DNA of 64,000 bases from Bacteroidota bacterium (GTDB taxonomy: Bacteria; Bacteroidota; Bacteroidia; Bacteroidales; Paludibacteraceae): positions 31,002 through 95,001 of the forward strand of contig JAEWAN010000023.1 of NCBI GenBank assembly GCA_023391625.1. Reading direction: 5' to 3'. Of this stretch, positions 31,349 through 41,407 are shown piece by piece. Under the pieces are notes generated by a model that made no database searches, was not told the origin of the DNA, and was given only the letters and a program-made list of their open reading frames with translations. How positions within the stretch are numbered: position 1 is the stretch's first letter; each line of letters starts with the position of its first letter. The position numbers were made by a program, and so were the translations under genes.

Positions 31349-32698
31349 ATGAAAAAGATTATATTTACATTAATAGTTTGCGTAATGGCAACTATTACAA
31401 TACAGGCACAGACTGCTGCGGTAAACTTACCTCGTTTCTTCTCAGACGGGATGGTGCTTCAACGGGAAACAAACGCTCCGTTCTGGGGATTTGCAGATGC
31501 CGGAAGCAAAATAGAAGTAACAGCTTCATGGGATAATAAAAAAGTGGAAACCACAACTCCCGAAAGTGGAAAGTGGATGGTAGAATTGGCTACCCCGAAA
31601 GCCGGAGGTCCTTATACCATAAAGGTAAATGAAACGACCATCAATAATGTGAAAATTGGTGAAGTATGGTTTTGCTCCGGACAGTCTAATATGAAGATGC
31701 GTTTGGGAGAAGCTGATAAATGGACTGTTCAGGATGATAACAACACCAATATCTGTTTCTTTGAAGTTCCGGTAGCAAGAAGTTCAGAACCTCTGTCTAC
31801 TATAAGCGAGGGAGAATGGCGTTCAGGAGTTATTGATAATAATATGCAGCATATCAGTGCTGTGGGTTATTATTTCGCCCGCAGATTGCAGGAAGAACTG
31901 AAAATTCCTATTGGAATGATCGGCTTCTATGAAGGTGGAACTCACGCCGAAGAATGGACAAGTCCGGAAGTTTTCAAAACTTTGTCTCAAGATGTACAGA
32001 GCGCTTTACCGTCAGACAGGGAAGCTGGGTCTTTGTATAACGCGATGGTTTATCCAGTACTGCCTTATAAAGGTTCCGGATTTATCTGGTATCAAGGAGA
32101 AAACAATAACGGTTATTCACAAACATACAGCCCATTGTTGAAAGCAATGGTGGAAGGTTGGAGAAAAGACTTTAAAAATGATTATTTACCATTTTATATT
32201 GTACAGTTGACTACGTTTTCAACCGATTTCTCTGATTTCCGTTACATTCAGCAGCAGCTAAGTGAAGAAATTCCTAATTCAGGTATTGCCGTTACCATCG
32301 ATTGCGGTGACCAGGGCAATATCCACCCGACGAACAAATATCCAGTAGGTACAAGATTAGGAGATATGGCTTTAGCTAAAGTTTATGGAAAAGATAAACC
32401 GGCAGGAAGTCCTACTTACCGTGAAATGAAAGTAGAAGGAAATAAAATCAGAATATACTTTGACCATGCAGAAAAGGGGCTTAAAATCACCAGTGGAAAT
32501 TATCCTTTCTTTTTCGAAATAGCAGGAAGTGATAATGTTTTTGAAGCAGCCAATGCCCGTATTGAAGGGAATACAATCCTTCTGTGGTCAGACAATATTG
32601 AATCTCCTACCCAGGCACGTTATTTTAAAAAGAATTATGCTGAGCCTAACCTGTTCTCAGAAGACGGTTATCCAGTAGCTCCTTTCGTAACGAAATAA
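31349..32698 (+). CDS. Sialate O-acetylesterase-family (SGNH) protein
   Basis: GEVWFCSGQSNM, WYQGENN and IHP motifs. Confidence 0.88.
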   Translation: MKKIIFTLIVCVMATITIQAQTAAVNLPRFFSDGMVLQRETNAPFWGFADAGSKIEVTASWDNKKVETTTPESGKWMVELATPKAGGPYTIKVNETTINNVKIGEVWFCSGQSNMKMRLGEADKWTVQDDNNTNICFFEVPVARSSEPLSTISEGEWRSGVIDNNMQHISAVGYYFARRLQEELKIPIGMIGFYEGGTHAEEWTSPEVFKTLSQDVQSALPSDREAGSLYNAMVYPVLPYKGSGFIWYQGENNNGYSQTYSPLLKAMVEGWRKDFKNDYLPFYIVQLTTFSTDFSDFRYIQQQLSEEIPNSGIAVTIDCGDQGNIHPTNKYPVGTRLGDMALAKVYGKDKPAGSPTYREMKVEGNKIRIYFDHAEKGLKITSGNYPFFFEIAGSDNVFEAANARIEGNTILLWSDNIESPTQARYFKKNYAEPNLFSEDGYPVAPFVTK

Positions 32699-32772
32699 GT
32701 GTTTGAAAAAGGATGAAACTAAAGTAAACGGTTAATAATAGATAATAATTGTGTTTTTAGTTAATTATTATC

Positions 32773-32817
32773 ACCCTTTCAAGTTTGCCGCGATGGCAAG
32801 CTTGAAAGGGTTTTTTT
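32773..32817 (+). terminator. Intrinsic terminator
   Basis: accctttcaag...cttgaaagggt hairpin followed by a T run. Confidence 0.8.
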
Positions 32818-33065
32818 ATAGTGAAAGTTTTGGCTTATTACAGGTTTGAATGTTACCACGATTGCAAATACCGATTTTGTTCTCAGTAAAATACTATTGA
32901 GGCTGAAGTATGTTTGTTTTAAATAGTTGGAAGGTGTCTTTAAATAGAATGTAAATTTGGTTTAATTAATAATATTGAGACTCTTTTGTCATTTAATTGG
33001 GTTTATTGTATCTTTGTGGCTTGAAAAAGATACAATTAATACAATTTAGGTAAAATCAGGTTATA

Positions 33066-33452
33066 ATGAAATCATTAAAATTTTTATTAAGCTTAACGCT
33101 TTGTATGCTTTGTTTTGTTTCATGTAAAGAAGATGTAACAATAAGTAAGGGCTATTCTTTCGGTATTCATTATTTTGAATATCCGGGAGTAGAAAATGCT
33201 CTGGGTGCGGTAACGAGTTATCTGAAAGGGAAATCTTGTCCGATGGGCGCTGAAATTTATGAAGGAAGCAGTGAGGCTGATGCTGATGCAAAGGCAGCTG
33301 CAGCTTTTAATGAAGCTATGAAATCGGTTTCAGTAGAAGATATAGACGCTTTGGGGTTTGAAGGACTTCAATTTACTTATTCCGTAAATCGTTATGCCAG
33401 CGATAATGTGACCTTGGTTACTGTTGCCGAGTTCAACTATCCGGGAGAATAA
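33066..33452 (+). CDS. Hypothetical lipoprotein
   Basis: Lipobox FVSC; TATCTTTG promoter upstream and hairpin downstream. Confidence 0.7.
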   Translation: MKSLKFLLSLTLCMLCFVSCKEDVTISKGYSFGIHYFEYPGVENALGAVTSYLKGKSCPMGAEIYEGSSEADADAKAAAAFNEAMKSVSVEDIDALGFEGLQFTYSVNRYASDNVTLVTVAEFNYPGE

Positions 33453-33642
33453 TATTAAATAACCAGGCTCGGTTATTAGAAAAGGATTGCGGATTTTATC
33501 CGGTAATCCTTTTTTTATTTGATATGATTGTTCGGGGAATATAAGGGGTGGAATAAAAAAATTAAAAAGGGAAGTCTGTTTGAAAATAGGAAAAGTTAAA
33601 TAATTTTGTCAATCTAATACAGTTTTAAAAACGCAGTAGAAT

Positions 33643-34671
33643 ATGAAAAAGATTTTTCTTGTTATGCTTGTCGGTCTGATAACATTAGCCGGTTGTCAAA
33701 AAGCAGAAAAAAGTTTCACCGTATTGCAGTGGAATATCTGGCATGAAGGCACTAAAGTGCCTGGCGGATATGAGGCTATTGTTAATGAAATAGCCCGTTT
33801 ACAACCGGATTTTGTAACATTGAGCGAGGTGCGCAATTTTAACGGGGTGGATTTCAGCAATGAATTGCTTTCATCTTTAAAAGAAAAAGGTCTCACTTAT
33901 TATTCCTTTCCTACACGTGATACCGGTTTGTTGAGTAAATGCCCGATTGAACATTGTGATTCTGTTTTTCCGGAAAACGGTGATCATGGCAGTATATATA
34001 AACTTGTATCTACTGTACACGGGCTGAAAGTAGCCGTATATACGGCTCATCTGGATTGGTTGAACGACGCTTATTATAATGTGCGCGGGTATGACGGTTC
34101 CACCTGGGAAGAAATACCTCTTCCGGAGAGTGTAGAGGAAGTATTGGCTATCAATGAGGCTTCACTCCGTGATGATGCCATCCGTTGTTTTATCGCAGAT
34201 GCCCGAAAAGAGTCAGAAGCCGGAGCATTGGTAATATTAGGAGGCGATTTTAATGAACCTTCCCATTTGGATTGGACGGAAGCAACTAAAGATTTATATT
34301 GTCATAATGGATTGGTGATTCCATGGACAGTAACCACGCTTTTGGAACAGGCTGGGTATGTTGATGTTTACCGTACAATGTATCCGGATGTGTTGAAATA
34401 TCCGGGATTTACATTTCCGGCAGATAATCCGCTTGTAGATGTAGCTAACCTGACATGGACACCGAAAGCCGATGAACGTGAGCGTATAGATTATGTTTTT
34501 TATAAAGAAACGGACAAGGTCAGGGTTAAGGATGCACTTATTTTTGGACCGGCAGGATCTATTGCTTACAGTGAGCGTGTGCCTTCCAAGTCAGAGGATA
34601 TTTTCCTGCTGCCAGAAGGTGCATGGCCTACAGATCATAAAGGTTTGCTGGTAACGTTTGTGATTAAATAA
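33643..34671 (+). CDS. Endonuclease/exonuclease/phosphatase-family lipoprotein
   Basis: WNIW, GGDFN, RIDYVF and TDH motifs. Confidence 0.88.
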   Translation: MKKIFLVMLVGLITLAGCQKAEKSFTVLQWNIWHEGTKVPGGYEAIVNEIARLQPDFVTLSEVRNFNGVDFSNELLSSLKEKGLTYYSFPTRDTGLLSKCPIEHCDSVFPENGDHGSIYKLVSTVHGLKVAVYTAHLDWLNDAYYNVRGYDGSTWEEIPLPESVEEVLAINEASLRDDAIRCFIADARKESEAGALVILGGDFNEPSHLDWTEATKDLYCHNGLVIPWTVTTLLEQAGYVDVYRTMYPDVLKYPGFTFPADNPLVDVANLTWTPKADERERIDYVFYKETDKVRVKDALIFGPAGSIAYSERVPSKSEDIFLLPEGAWPTDHKGLLVTFVIK

Positions 34672-35173
34672 TTCGTTGTTTGTCCGGAATGATGTTTTTA
34701 AAACAGTCCGGAGTATTTTAAAGATAAAAGGCCCTTTTAAAAGTAAGAAACAAAAAAATAGCTTTACCATTATAAGCTATAAGATTTGAAAAGCATGAAA
34801 AGTACCATTTATATGCCTTTATTTTTAGGTATAAGATGGTATTTTTCATTTAGGTAATTGTGAATTGTAACTTTGGCTGATTTGATTTTTACTTTTGAAA
34901 CAGTCTGTATTGAATAAATAGTCGGTATTACTGCAGGTTTTGTGACAGCTTAATTTGCTACAGAAAAGCCTCCTAAGTCCAAAGATTAACTATTGATTTT
35001 CAGCTGTAGTTATTATATCTTTTGTTTGAGTTCTTTTTGTCTTGTATCCCTTTTGCTTGAAATCAAAAAGTGAATTATTTTCCATAAAAAAAATCTTTTT
35101 GGAAAGTTATATTTTAGATTTCAAGTGTTACATTTGCACGCTTTTTTGAAATGAGTTCAAATTTTATAAAGGA

Positions 35174-36337
35174 ATGAAAAAGAGTTTGCTTGCATTGGCA
35201 TTCGGAACCTTAGGGTTAGGTATTGCCGAATTTGTAATGATGGGGATATTGCCCGATGTGGCAAAAGACTTAAATGTAACGATTCCTCAGGCTGGTCATT
35301 TTATTTCAGCCTATGCTTTAGGGGTTTGTGTAGGAGCTCCGTTCACGGTGCTGATAGCCCGTACCCGTCCGTTAAAAACCATTTTACTTGGTCTGGTGCT
35401 TATTTACTTGTGTGGTAACTTGTGTGCTTCTATGTCTACAAGTTATATGATGATGATGTTGACCCGTTTCGTTTCCGGTTTACCTCACGGCGCTTTCTTT
35501 GGTGTGGGGTCTATTATTGCGGAAAAGGTGGCGGATAAAGGAAAAAGTTCACAGGCCGTTGCCCTGATGGTATCCGGTATGACCATAGCCAATTTATTAG
35601 GTGTCCCGTTGGGTACTTTTTTAAGCCATATGGTGTCATGGCGCATTCCTTTTATTGTCAATGGTGTTTGGGGAATGATTGTTCTTCTTTCCATTTGGAA
35701 ATGGGTTCCGGATTTACCCGCTTTGCCGGACTCCGGTTTTAAAGGACAGTTCCGTTTTCTGAAGCATTTAGCTCCCTGGTTGCTGATTATTACAACCATG
35801 TTCGGAAACGGCGGAATTTTCTGTTGGTATAGCTATGTAACGCCTCAAATGACCCAATTGTCCGGGTTTTCTGCCGAGGATATGACTTTTATTATGATGC
35901 TGGCAGGTTTAAGCATGACTGTTGGAAATCTGGTTGGAGGTAAGCTGTCTGATAAGTACGGCCCGGCACAGGTAGTGCAGTGTACTCAGATCATAGTGGC
36001 TTTAGCCTTGCTTGCCACTTTCTTTGGAGCTTCCAGCTATTGGTTAGCTGTTCCTCTGATGGTTATTTGTACAGCCGGTTTATTTGCCGTATCTGCTCCT
36101 CAGCAGTTACTGTTGTTGCAGAATTCACGCGGGGGAGAAATGATGGGAGCTGCCTGTGTACAAGTGGCATTTAATCTGGGTAATGCCTTGGGGGCTTATG
36201 CCGGTGGGCTTCCTATAGAGGCGGGACTGGGATACCGTTATCCAGCATTGGTCGGCGTGTTTATCCTGCTTGTAGGTTTGGTATCAGTTTCTGTCTATAT
36301 AAAAAGAGATAAGAAGAAAGCAGTTGCTTTTAAGTAA
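35174..36337 (+). CDS. araJ: MFS transporter, AraJ/DHA1 family
   Basis: Many hydrophobic segments; EF..MGILP and RFVSGLPHGAFFGVG motifs. Confidence 0.85.
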   Translation: MKKSLLALAFGTLGLGIAEFVMMGILPDVAKDLNVTIPQAGHFISAYALGVCVGAPFTVLIARTRPLKTILLGLVLIYLCGNLCASMSTSYMMMMLTRFVSGLPHGAFFGVGSIIAEKVADKGKSSQAVALMVSGMTIANLLGVPLGTFLSHMVSWRIPFIVNGVWGMIVLLSIWKWVPDLPALPDSGFKGQFRFLKHLAPWLLIITTMFGNGGIFCWYSYVTPQMTQLSGFSAEDMTFIMMLAGLSMTVGNLVGGKLSDKYGPAQVVQCTQIIVALALLATFFGASSYWLAVPLMVICTAGLFAVSAPQQLLLLQNSRGGEMMGAACVQVAFNLGNALGAYAGGLPIEAGLGYRYPALVGVFILLVGLVSVSVYIKRDKKKAVAFK

Positions 36338-36631
36338 CAGTTTACTCAAGTTATAAGAAGCAGGGTCTTGATAATGCAGTCGGGATCCTGTTTTTATTTT
36401 TATAATGGTTCAATGCAGGGAAAACGCTAAAAACAGAATCTGTAAATATATGATTGTAGCTTTTTTGCGGTAATTTGTGTTGATTTGCTGTTTTTAGTGA
36501 AAATATTTCGTTGGAGATTATTAATAATTAATAGATTTTTTTTACATTTACACAACCGAAAATCTAAAACACAATTTGTATTAACTCCGGCTAATGCATA
36601 TTATATTTGTTAACCTTAAAAACAGATAGCC

Positions 36632-36826
36632 ATGAAAACAAGTCGTAAAATTTTAGGCGGATGGATTGCTTTATTGGTAATCATATTCTTTTTAAGCAGG
36701 CCTTTATTTGCTGTTTTCTTTATCCTTAGTATTGTTCCTGTTATCACAGTGTACAACCATTTTAAAGAGGTGGAATATCGGCAGAGTATTATATACCACG
36801 TAGATAAGAAAAAAGAAGCAAGTTAA
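36632..36826 (+). CDS. Small membrane hypothetical protein
   Basis: Two hydrophobic segments; TATATTTG -7 box upstream. Confidence 0.5.
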   Translation: MKTSRKILGGWIALLVIIFFLSRPLFAVFFILSIVPVITVYNHFKEVEYRQSIIYHVDKKKEAS

Positions 36827-36856
36827 TCATATTATAAATTTATAAGCATATATATA

Positions 36857-37864
36857 ATGAGGAAGGGAGTCCGTATTTTTTTCTCTTTGTTTTTTGTTGT
36901 CCCGTTTCTATTGGGATGTAATCATACCCGTAGTCAGAAAAGTGTTGAAAATAAACAGATCCCTTTGGATTCAATCCTTTTGAGCGATCCTTGTATCCTT
37001 GCCGATCAGCGTACGAATGCGTATTATATGACCGGCACAGGTGGATTATTGTGGAAAAGTAAGGATTTGAAGTTATGGGATGGTCCGTATAAGGTGGTGC
37101 AGACAGACTCTGCTTCATGGATGGGAGTCGATCCGGAGATATGGGCTGCGGAACTTCACGAGTATAACGGTAAGTATTACTATTTTGCAACATTTACCAA
37201 TTCGGATATAAAAATAGATACCATTAATGGGGTGGCGTTGGATCGCCGGGCCAGTCATGTGTTGGTGAGTGATAGTCCGGACGGACCGTATGTGCCTATG
37301 GAAGATCCCGTTTATTTGCCAGCCGGAATGTCCACTTTGGATGGAACGTTTTGGGTTGATACAGACGGCAATCCTTATATGATTTACTGTCATGAGTGGC
37401 TGCAGAATAATGACGGCACAATAGAAATGATCCGTTTAAAACCTGATTTAAGCGGAACACAGGGAGAGGCCCGGATTCTGTTCTGTGCCAGTGAATCGCC
37501 CTGGAGCCGGGAACTGATAGACGGTAAGGTAGTGCCTAATCGGGTGACGGATGGCCCGTATTTATTCCGTACCGGAACCGGACGTTTGGGAATGATTTGG
37601 ACAAGCTGGATATACGATGTTTACACACAAGGCGTAGCATATTCCGTAAGCGGTACGCTGGAAGGACCTTGGGTACAGGAAGAAGAACCGTTGACACCTC
37701 CTGATTACGGACATGGTATGCTTTTTCGTACTTTGGACGGTAAGTGGCTGTTGTCATTGCATAGTCATAAAGATGTAAACGGGCATTATGTACGTATTCC
37801 TAATTTGTTTGAAGTCGATTTATCCGGTGATAAGTTGGTAGTAGGGGAGCGTTATATCCCTTAA
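36857..37864 (+). CDS. Glycoside hydrolase family 43 lipoprotein
   Basis: SDP, WAAE, TLDG and TDGP five-bladed propeller motifs. Confidence 0.85.
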   Translation: MRKGVRIFFSLFFVVPFLLGCNHTRSQKSVENKQIPLDSILLSDPCILADQRTNAYYMTGTGGLLWKSKDLKLWDGPYKVVQTDSASWMGVDPEIWAAELHEYNGKYYYFATFTNSDIKIDTINGVALDRRASHVLVSDSPDGPYVPMEDPVYLPAGMSTLDGTFWVDTDGNPYMIYCHEWLQNNDGTIEMIRLKPDLSGTQGEARILFCASESPWSRELIDGKVVPNRVTDGPYLFRTGTGRLGMIWTSWIYDVYTQGVAYSVSGTLEGPWVQEEEPLTPPDYGHGMLFRTLDGKWLLSLHSHKDVNGHYVRIPNLFEVDLSGDKLVVGERYIP

Positions 37865-37889
37865 CCGGTTAAGATAAAATTTTTTACTT

Positions 37890-38945
37890 ATGAAAAGCTT
37901 AAAAGTATTGTTTCTGTTAGTAGCTGTATTGTTTTCCATATCCTGTGCCAAACAGCAGGAGCGTTCCGTTCCGGAGGAGAAAGATATGGGAGCTTATCTT
38001 TTTACTTATTTCAGTGATCCTACCCATAGCCTTTTTATGGCTGTCAGCCGTGACGGGTATACATTTACGGCAGTGAATAACGGTGAGCCGGTGATTGGCG
38101 GTGACACGATAGCCGATCAGAGGGGAATTCGTGATCCTCATATATACCGGGGGCCGGATAATGCTTTTTATTTGGCAATGACGGATTTGCATGTTTTTGG
38201 AAAACAAGAAGGATATCGTTCTACCGATTGGGAACGCCCTGTGGAAGAATTTGATTGGGGAAATAACCGTGGACTGGTATTGATGAAGTCTTACGACCTG
38301 ATTAACTGGACACGCAGCAATGTTCGGATTAATGAGATTTTTCCAGACATGGAAACCATTGGGTGTGCTTGGGCGCCTCAGACTGTTTATGATCCGGTAG
38401 CCCGGAAAATGATGCTTTATTTTACAATGCGTATCGGCCATGGGCTTACAAAGCTTTATTATGCTTATACCGATGATGATTTTACTACACTGGTTTCTGA
38501 GCCGAAGTTGCTTTTTGAATATCCGGAGCCGGGAATACAAGTGTTGGATGCCGATATCACGCCTTTGCCGGACGGACGTTACTGTATGATGTATGTGGCA
38601 CAGGAAAATCCGGGAGGTATCAAAATGGCTATTTCAGATAGTATTCATACTGGTTATATATATCAGCCGGAATGGGTGGATTTTGAACCGGGGGCCTGTG
38701 AAGCTCCGAATGTATGGAAACGTATCGGTGAAGATAAATGGGTGTTGATGTATGATATTTTTAGTATAAATCCTCATAATTTCGGCTTCTGTGAAACTTC
38801 GGATTTTGTGACTTTTAAAGATTTGGGTCATTTTAACGAAGGTGTGATGAAGATAACCAATGCTATTTCTCCAAAACATGGTTCGGTGATACAGATTACG
38901 GCAGAAGAAGCAGACCGCCTGGAGAACTACTGGAAGAACCGTTAA
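37890..38945 (+). CDS. Glycoside hydrolase family 43 lipoprotein
   Basis: IRDPHI, WAPQ, LDADI, CEAP and PKHG motifs. Confidence 0.85.
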   Translation: MKSLKVLFLLVAVLFSISCAKQQERSVPEEKDMGAYLFTYFSDPTHSLFMAVSRDGYTFTAVNNGEPVIGGDTIADQRGIRDPHIYRGPDNAFYLAMTDLHVFGKQEGYRSTDWERPVEEFDWGNNRGLVLMKSYDLINWTRSNVRINEIFPDMETIGCAWAPQTVYDPVARKMMLYFTMRIGHGLTKLYYAYTDDDFTTLVSEPKLLFEYPEPGIQVLDADITPLPDGRYCMMYVAQENPGGIKMAISDSIHTGYIYQPEWVDFEPGACEAPNVWKRIGEDKWVLMYDIFSINPHNFGFCETSDFVTFKDLGHFNEGVMKITNAISPKHGSVIQITAEEADRLENYWKNR

Positions 38946-38974
38946 TATTTTAGGTTTGATTTGAGCTTTTTAAG

Positions 38975-39019
38975 AAATAAAAACCACTTTTCTGATTGCG
39001 GAAAAGTGGTTTTTTATTT
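38975..39019. terminator. Bidirectional terminator between convergent genes
   Basis: aaaaaccacttttc...gaaaagtggttttt hairpin with A/T runs on both sides. Confidence 0.8.
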
Positions 39020-39033
39020 TAGTCCTGTTTTAT

Positions 39034-41403
39034 TCAGGGTTTATACAGGATAATCTGATCCAGTATTACGCCTTTGTCCAATGAAGTGAAGATGAGTTGG
39101 TGTTTGTCCTGTTTTTTTACAGGCAGTTTTATCCGCCTGATGGCTTGGTTGCGCAGGACATTTTCTTTCCATTCTTCACTACGTCCTTTTGTTTCATAGT
39201 TGATGACAGGAGACATCGTTCCGTCAATCGATACGGTAAAACGTAATTCATTTCCCTGTACCGGATGATTGGGCAGTAACCTGATTTCTATCTCTGCCGA
39301 ATCGCCCGTCCATTCGTCAAAAGAAAAAATCAAGCTGTCTCCTTGGTTCACTCCGGCTGCTTTTCTCTCATAACCTAATCCGGGGAAAGCCCTTACCTGT
39401 CCGTTATTATGATCCATTGCATTCCATTTGTAAACACCTTCCCGGCGGGCTTTCATCGGGAATGTAGCTTCTGTTCTTTCCACTCGTTTGAATACCGGCA
39501 GATCCCGTGGCTGAAAATTCATCATACGGTTCCATTTGCCGTTCTTCAATGAATTATATCTCTGGGTTAGGGAATCTATGTTTTCATAAGCCTTTTCACA
39601 GAGTTCCCAGTCTACCATTCCATGACGTGCCAGTTGGGCTGTCAGTAGTTTCTCATTCATCAGGGAGGCTGCCTGTACCGGATATTTTATCAGTTCAAAA
39701 TAGGCGTCCTGTTGGGCGGCTGGTATTTTTAGTCCTATTTGTTCTGTCTTTGCCGACAGTTGTTTATAAGCAGTCATCCTGTTTTTGATTTCCACTTCAT
39801 CCCAAGGCAAATCTTTGACAATGCGGGCATTCGGGTTGCCCCATTCTTCTTCGCGGGTATTACCCATAAATTCAGGTTTCCGTATGTGGGCCAGGCGGTA
39901 ATATTCTTCCATCACAGGAAACAGCTGTTTTGCGTTTTTACTTCCGAATTCACGTTCCAGCCATTTATACAGATGGTGGGAAACACCTTGTTGTTTTACG
40001 GTATCTATGTCCCAGGCCATATCCAGAAACAACTCGGTCAGGTATTCTATCGGTTTTATGTCTCCTACGTTTAAAATCCATATCTTTTGTATGCCAGAGT
40101 CGTATGCCAGTTGCATTTGTTGTTGAATCAAAGCAGGCTGTGTGCTGCCCAACCATAAATAATCATGCGGGCGACCCCAGTAAGAAACGTGGTAATAAAC
40201 TCCGTTCCCTCCTTTGCGTTGGGCTTCTTCCGGGGTCGGGAAATGGCGGATGTAGCCGTAATTATCATCACACCATATCAGGGTAACGTCGTCCGGTACA
40301 TTCAGTCCTGCATTATAAATGTCCAGTACTTCTTTGTATGGAATGAACGCTTGAGGTATAGTAGTTACATCCAGGTTTACATATTGTTTCAATAAATTGC
40401 GTTGGTCTTCCAAAACCCGTTCCAGAACAGCTTTTTGTTCTTCAATAGTTTTAGCTCCCTGCATCTGACCGTCGTGTACCCCTCTCATTCCGATGGTATA
40501 GATGTTGGCATATCCGGCCACGTCCTTTATCCGTTTTTCCCAGAACCGGTAAACATTTTCGGAGTTATTTACGTAATCGTAATCTCCTACACCTTCTGCT
40601 GCCCATTCGCCGGCACTGTTACGCATCATCGGTTCGCAGTGCGAAGTACCTATAAAAATACCGTAAGTATCGGCCATTTCTTTATTCCCTTCGGTAAAAT
40701 AAAACGGAACGGAACATTCATGCATGGCAGGCCATAAGGTATTGGCTCGGAGACGAAGCAGCAGTTCAAACACCTGCTGGTAGGTACGTGGTCCTATCTG
40801 CCCTTTTATGTCAGACGGCTCGTAAGTCTGGTTGCTCCAGGGAGTTAATCCCCAGTCCTCGTCGTTAATGAAAATGCCCCGGTACTGAACGGAGGGTTTA
40901 TGAACCAGATCGTCTGGTGTGTAGCTTATATCTGTTTTTCTTTCTGCAGAAGCGTCTGCCCACCATATCCACGGGCTGACTCCCATGTGGCGGGACAACT
41001 CAAGGAGGCCGTATGCCGTTCCCCTCGGATCGCTTCCCAAAATAAATAAATAAGATTTTCCTTTGGACTCGACAGCTTGTATTTTGAAAGCTTCCCATTG
41101 TCCAGAGAGTCCGGAAATATCTATTTTATACTTGGAAACCAGTTTCTTTATTTCCGGTTGTTTGTCAGGGATTCCAACAATAATGGTACCGGTTTTGATA
41201 TGGGCAGTCCTTTGGAAAGGCTGTTCACAAATTAACCTGGAATCTTCGGTCAGCATTCGGAGAGCTGTTTCCACCACTTTTTCGTTGCCGTTATAGTAAA
41301 TGTTAGCTCCTGTATTGTTACTGATCAGGCTGAATGTCCCGGGGAAAGCTATTCCTGCCTGGAAGACTGATAAAAACAGGATAAAAATTATTTTTTTCAT
41401 CAA
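39034..41403 (-). CDS. Glycoside hydrolase family 115
   Basis: YRGIFINDEDWGL, LWPAMH, GTSHCEP, DDNYG and NVGDIKP motifs. Confidence 0.92.
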   Translation of the reverse strand: MMKKIIFILFLSVFQAGIAFPGTFSLISNNTGANIYYNGNEKVVETALRMLTEDSRLICEQPFQRTAHIKTGTIIVGIPDKQPEIKKLVSKYKIDISGLSGQWEAFKIQAVESKGKSYLFILGSDPRGTAYGLLELSRHMGVSPWIWWADASAERKTDISYTPDDLVHKPSVQYRGIFINDEDWGLTPWSNQTYEPSDIKGQIGPRTYQQVFELLLRLRANTLWPAMHECSVPFYFTEGNKEMADTYGIFIGTSHCEPMMRNSAGEWAAEGVGDYDYVNNSENVYRFWEKRIKDVAGYANIYTIGMRGVHDGQMQGAKTIEEQKAVLERVLEDQRNLLKQYVNLDVTTIPQAFIPYKEVLDIYNAGLNVPDDVTLIWCDDNYGYIRHFPTPEEAQRKGGNGVYYHVSYWGRPHDYLWLGSTQPALIQQQMQLAYDSGIQKIWILNVGDIKPIEYLTELFLDMAWDIDTVKQQGVSHHLYKWLEREFGSKNAKQLFPVMEEYYRLAHIRKPEFMGNTREEEWGNPNARIVKDLPWDEVEIKNRMTAYKQLSAKTEQIGLKIPAAQQDAYFELIKYPVQAASLMNEKLLTAQLARHGMVDWELCEKAYENIDSLTQRYNSLKNGKWNRMMNFQPRDLPVFKRVERTEATFPMKARREGVYKWNAMDHNNGQVRAFPGLGYERKAAGVNQGDSLIFSFDEWTGDSAEIEIRLLPNHPVQGNELRFTVSIDGTMSPVINYETKGRSEEWKENVLRNQAIRRIKLPVKKQDKHQLIFTSLDKGVILDQIILYKP

Positions 41404-41407
41404 TAGT

